From the NCBI GenBank assembly GCA_010015805.1, contig ML978129.1, positions 62,001 through 126,000 on the forward strand: DNA of 64,000 bases, written 5' to 3'. The position numbers and the translations under genes are program-made. The stretch is from Rhizodiscina lignyota. Its lineage: Eukaryota. This document shows, one piece after another, positions 63,901-64,000 of this stretch. Position 1 is the stretch's first letter; each line of letters begins with the position of its first letter. The notes under the pieces were generated by a model. It did no database searches. It was given only the letters and a program-made list of their open reading frames with translations, and was not told the DNA's origin.

Positions 63901-64000
63901 CTGTCCTCTTCGTCCCATCCACCGCCTCCACATCGGCACCCCTTTCCAATAGTAGCTCCACCATCTGAATGGTCCATCTCCCCGGCTTCTCTGCCGCCAA
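60977..64000 (-). CDS. Ankyrin-repeat + CorA-like membrane protein; 5' partial
   Basis: At least five ankyrin repeats (TALHxAA), then WIHLPANN, RRTLDQFFY, MVDQLW, EIKDIRDEL and LLDLKQKHAN, followed by two TM segments. Confidence 0.88.
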   Translation of the reverse strand: MAAEKPGRWTIQMVELLLERGADVEAVDGTKRTALLWASATGKSEVVGLLLSGTRAPKANVAATNNRGKTALQLAAENNHEDIVAMLLDAGADASATSDGQWTALHNAAEKGHTAIVRRLLNTSFTDVNAETSSGMTALHWAAQNGHIEIVQELMNRPEIMLSNKDTFNSTPMLRAAEKGHLEIVHMLSPYRFSQRLEDAAKKACQGFEATVVDFGVQPSEKNVEHRKGQLVYKHSVYDLLYGWDSKNDKPLVNTLTKNIKSKPAFRWIHLPANNISWVETLLTKSFVEGGARDVDDFKALEKCFGQEHHGPKVHAHFMRTFCQRLATSMLMKHSGGPEQARLLPPLPPAPPPDSQPPPGPKQGRTPPPPPRGPLPEAQSSRDPKPVIEAETPSKAERKRGKKDKQQAHETPKNNNSPAPGGRRNGQGPRDRPPPNLRTESRFSDGRHGKIVLFMPYLHYETDNRREKMARVVNEVDTQDFRPIASRNTSPDENLVQAYLKSSPRMHIRRTLDQFFYHGIDTRERDRDQVVWRYCKNNKMEKKLFMVDQLWCWVLGQELIITCFPQRWDQPKNDPLNVLDGIIEDINSKTRPPVTSVYDLAMLITGRCSGVFDRHRLGHSEYQFLDMFDTSIGDVTNRETKLFRRFNRASQAAAAWVKVHRQNNPSVRHKKLKLDEYRVDDGMFVDALLDIDVETELLAEIKDIRDELQMIDKVLKEQRGVIPDLADRICEELGGRKSELAVDMQRRSKEQLKIIETHIKDVDRMDKQAEGIYTSLTHLLDLKQKHANAMEARVARNQAQITARQGQTIMVFTIVTIVFLPLSFMAAFFTIEINEFPHGNNGSPGLPLGWVSKYLFGIGLAVSVPLIALALAVEDVATFFRRLFFRGTRLLRRRRTKIDGAASPSDGEELRPARRSRSTRRRRRSDVYATDTDTDSEIKVNGRVEHPAPPRRSAAVESTRERGLDMSPNFAPAIRTRSWRTDLSWGLERLDIRGRASRDTDRFGGIV

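Overview
Gene-dense eukaryotic DNA from a filamentous ascomycete fungus (Pezizomycotina-type short GT-AG introns with CTRAY branch sites). I can support 28 protein-coding genes, with exons joined by hand. In order: a GH72 glucanosyltransferase (partial), a large modular secreted CBM18/repeat/PAN-like/GH128 protein, nitronate monooxygenase, a hypothetical protein, DUF924, DUF726, proline iminopeptidase, an AhpD/Pxp2-like protein, an orphan, a GMC oxidoreductase, epoxide hydrolase, ApsB/Mto1, Grc3, Rpa34, Pth4/ICT1, Utp6, Cwh43, an ACT-domain protein, an FBXO21-like F-box protein, an ammonium transporter, ClpP, a hypothetical mitochondrial protein, ThrRS, Gar1, a GH92 mannosidase, a stand-alone adenylation enzyme and a partial ankyrin-CorA-like protein. 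I found no tRNA, rRNA, CRISPR array or intact transposon. The most notable points are: the modular GH128 protein, whose catalytic half depends on splicing a stop-containing 51-nt intron; a sharply bounded CpG-free patch with six in-frame TGA stops; a tandem possible pseudo-peptidase orphan; a CorA-like protein lacking the GMN filter; and motifs shared by three ribosome-biogenesis promoters. Family calls come from motif recognition only, and no database search was run.
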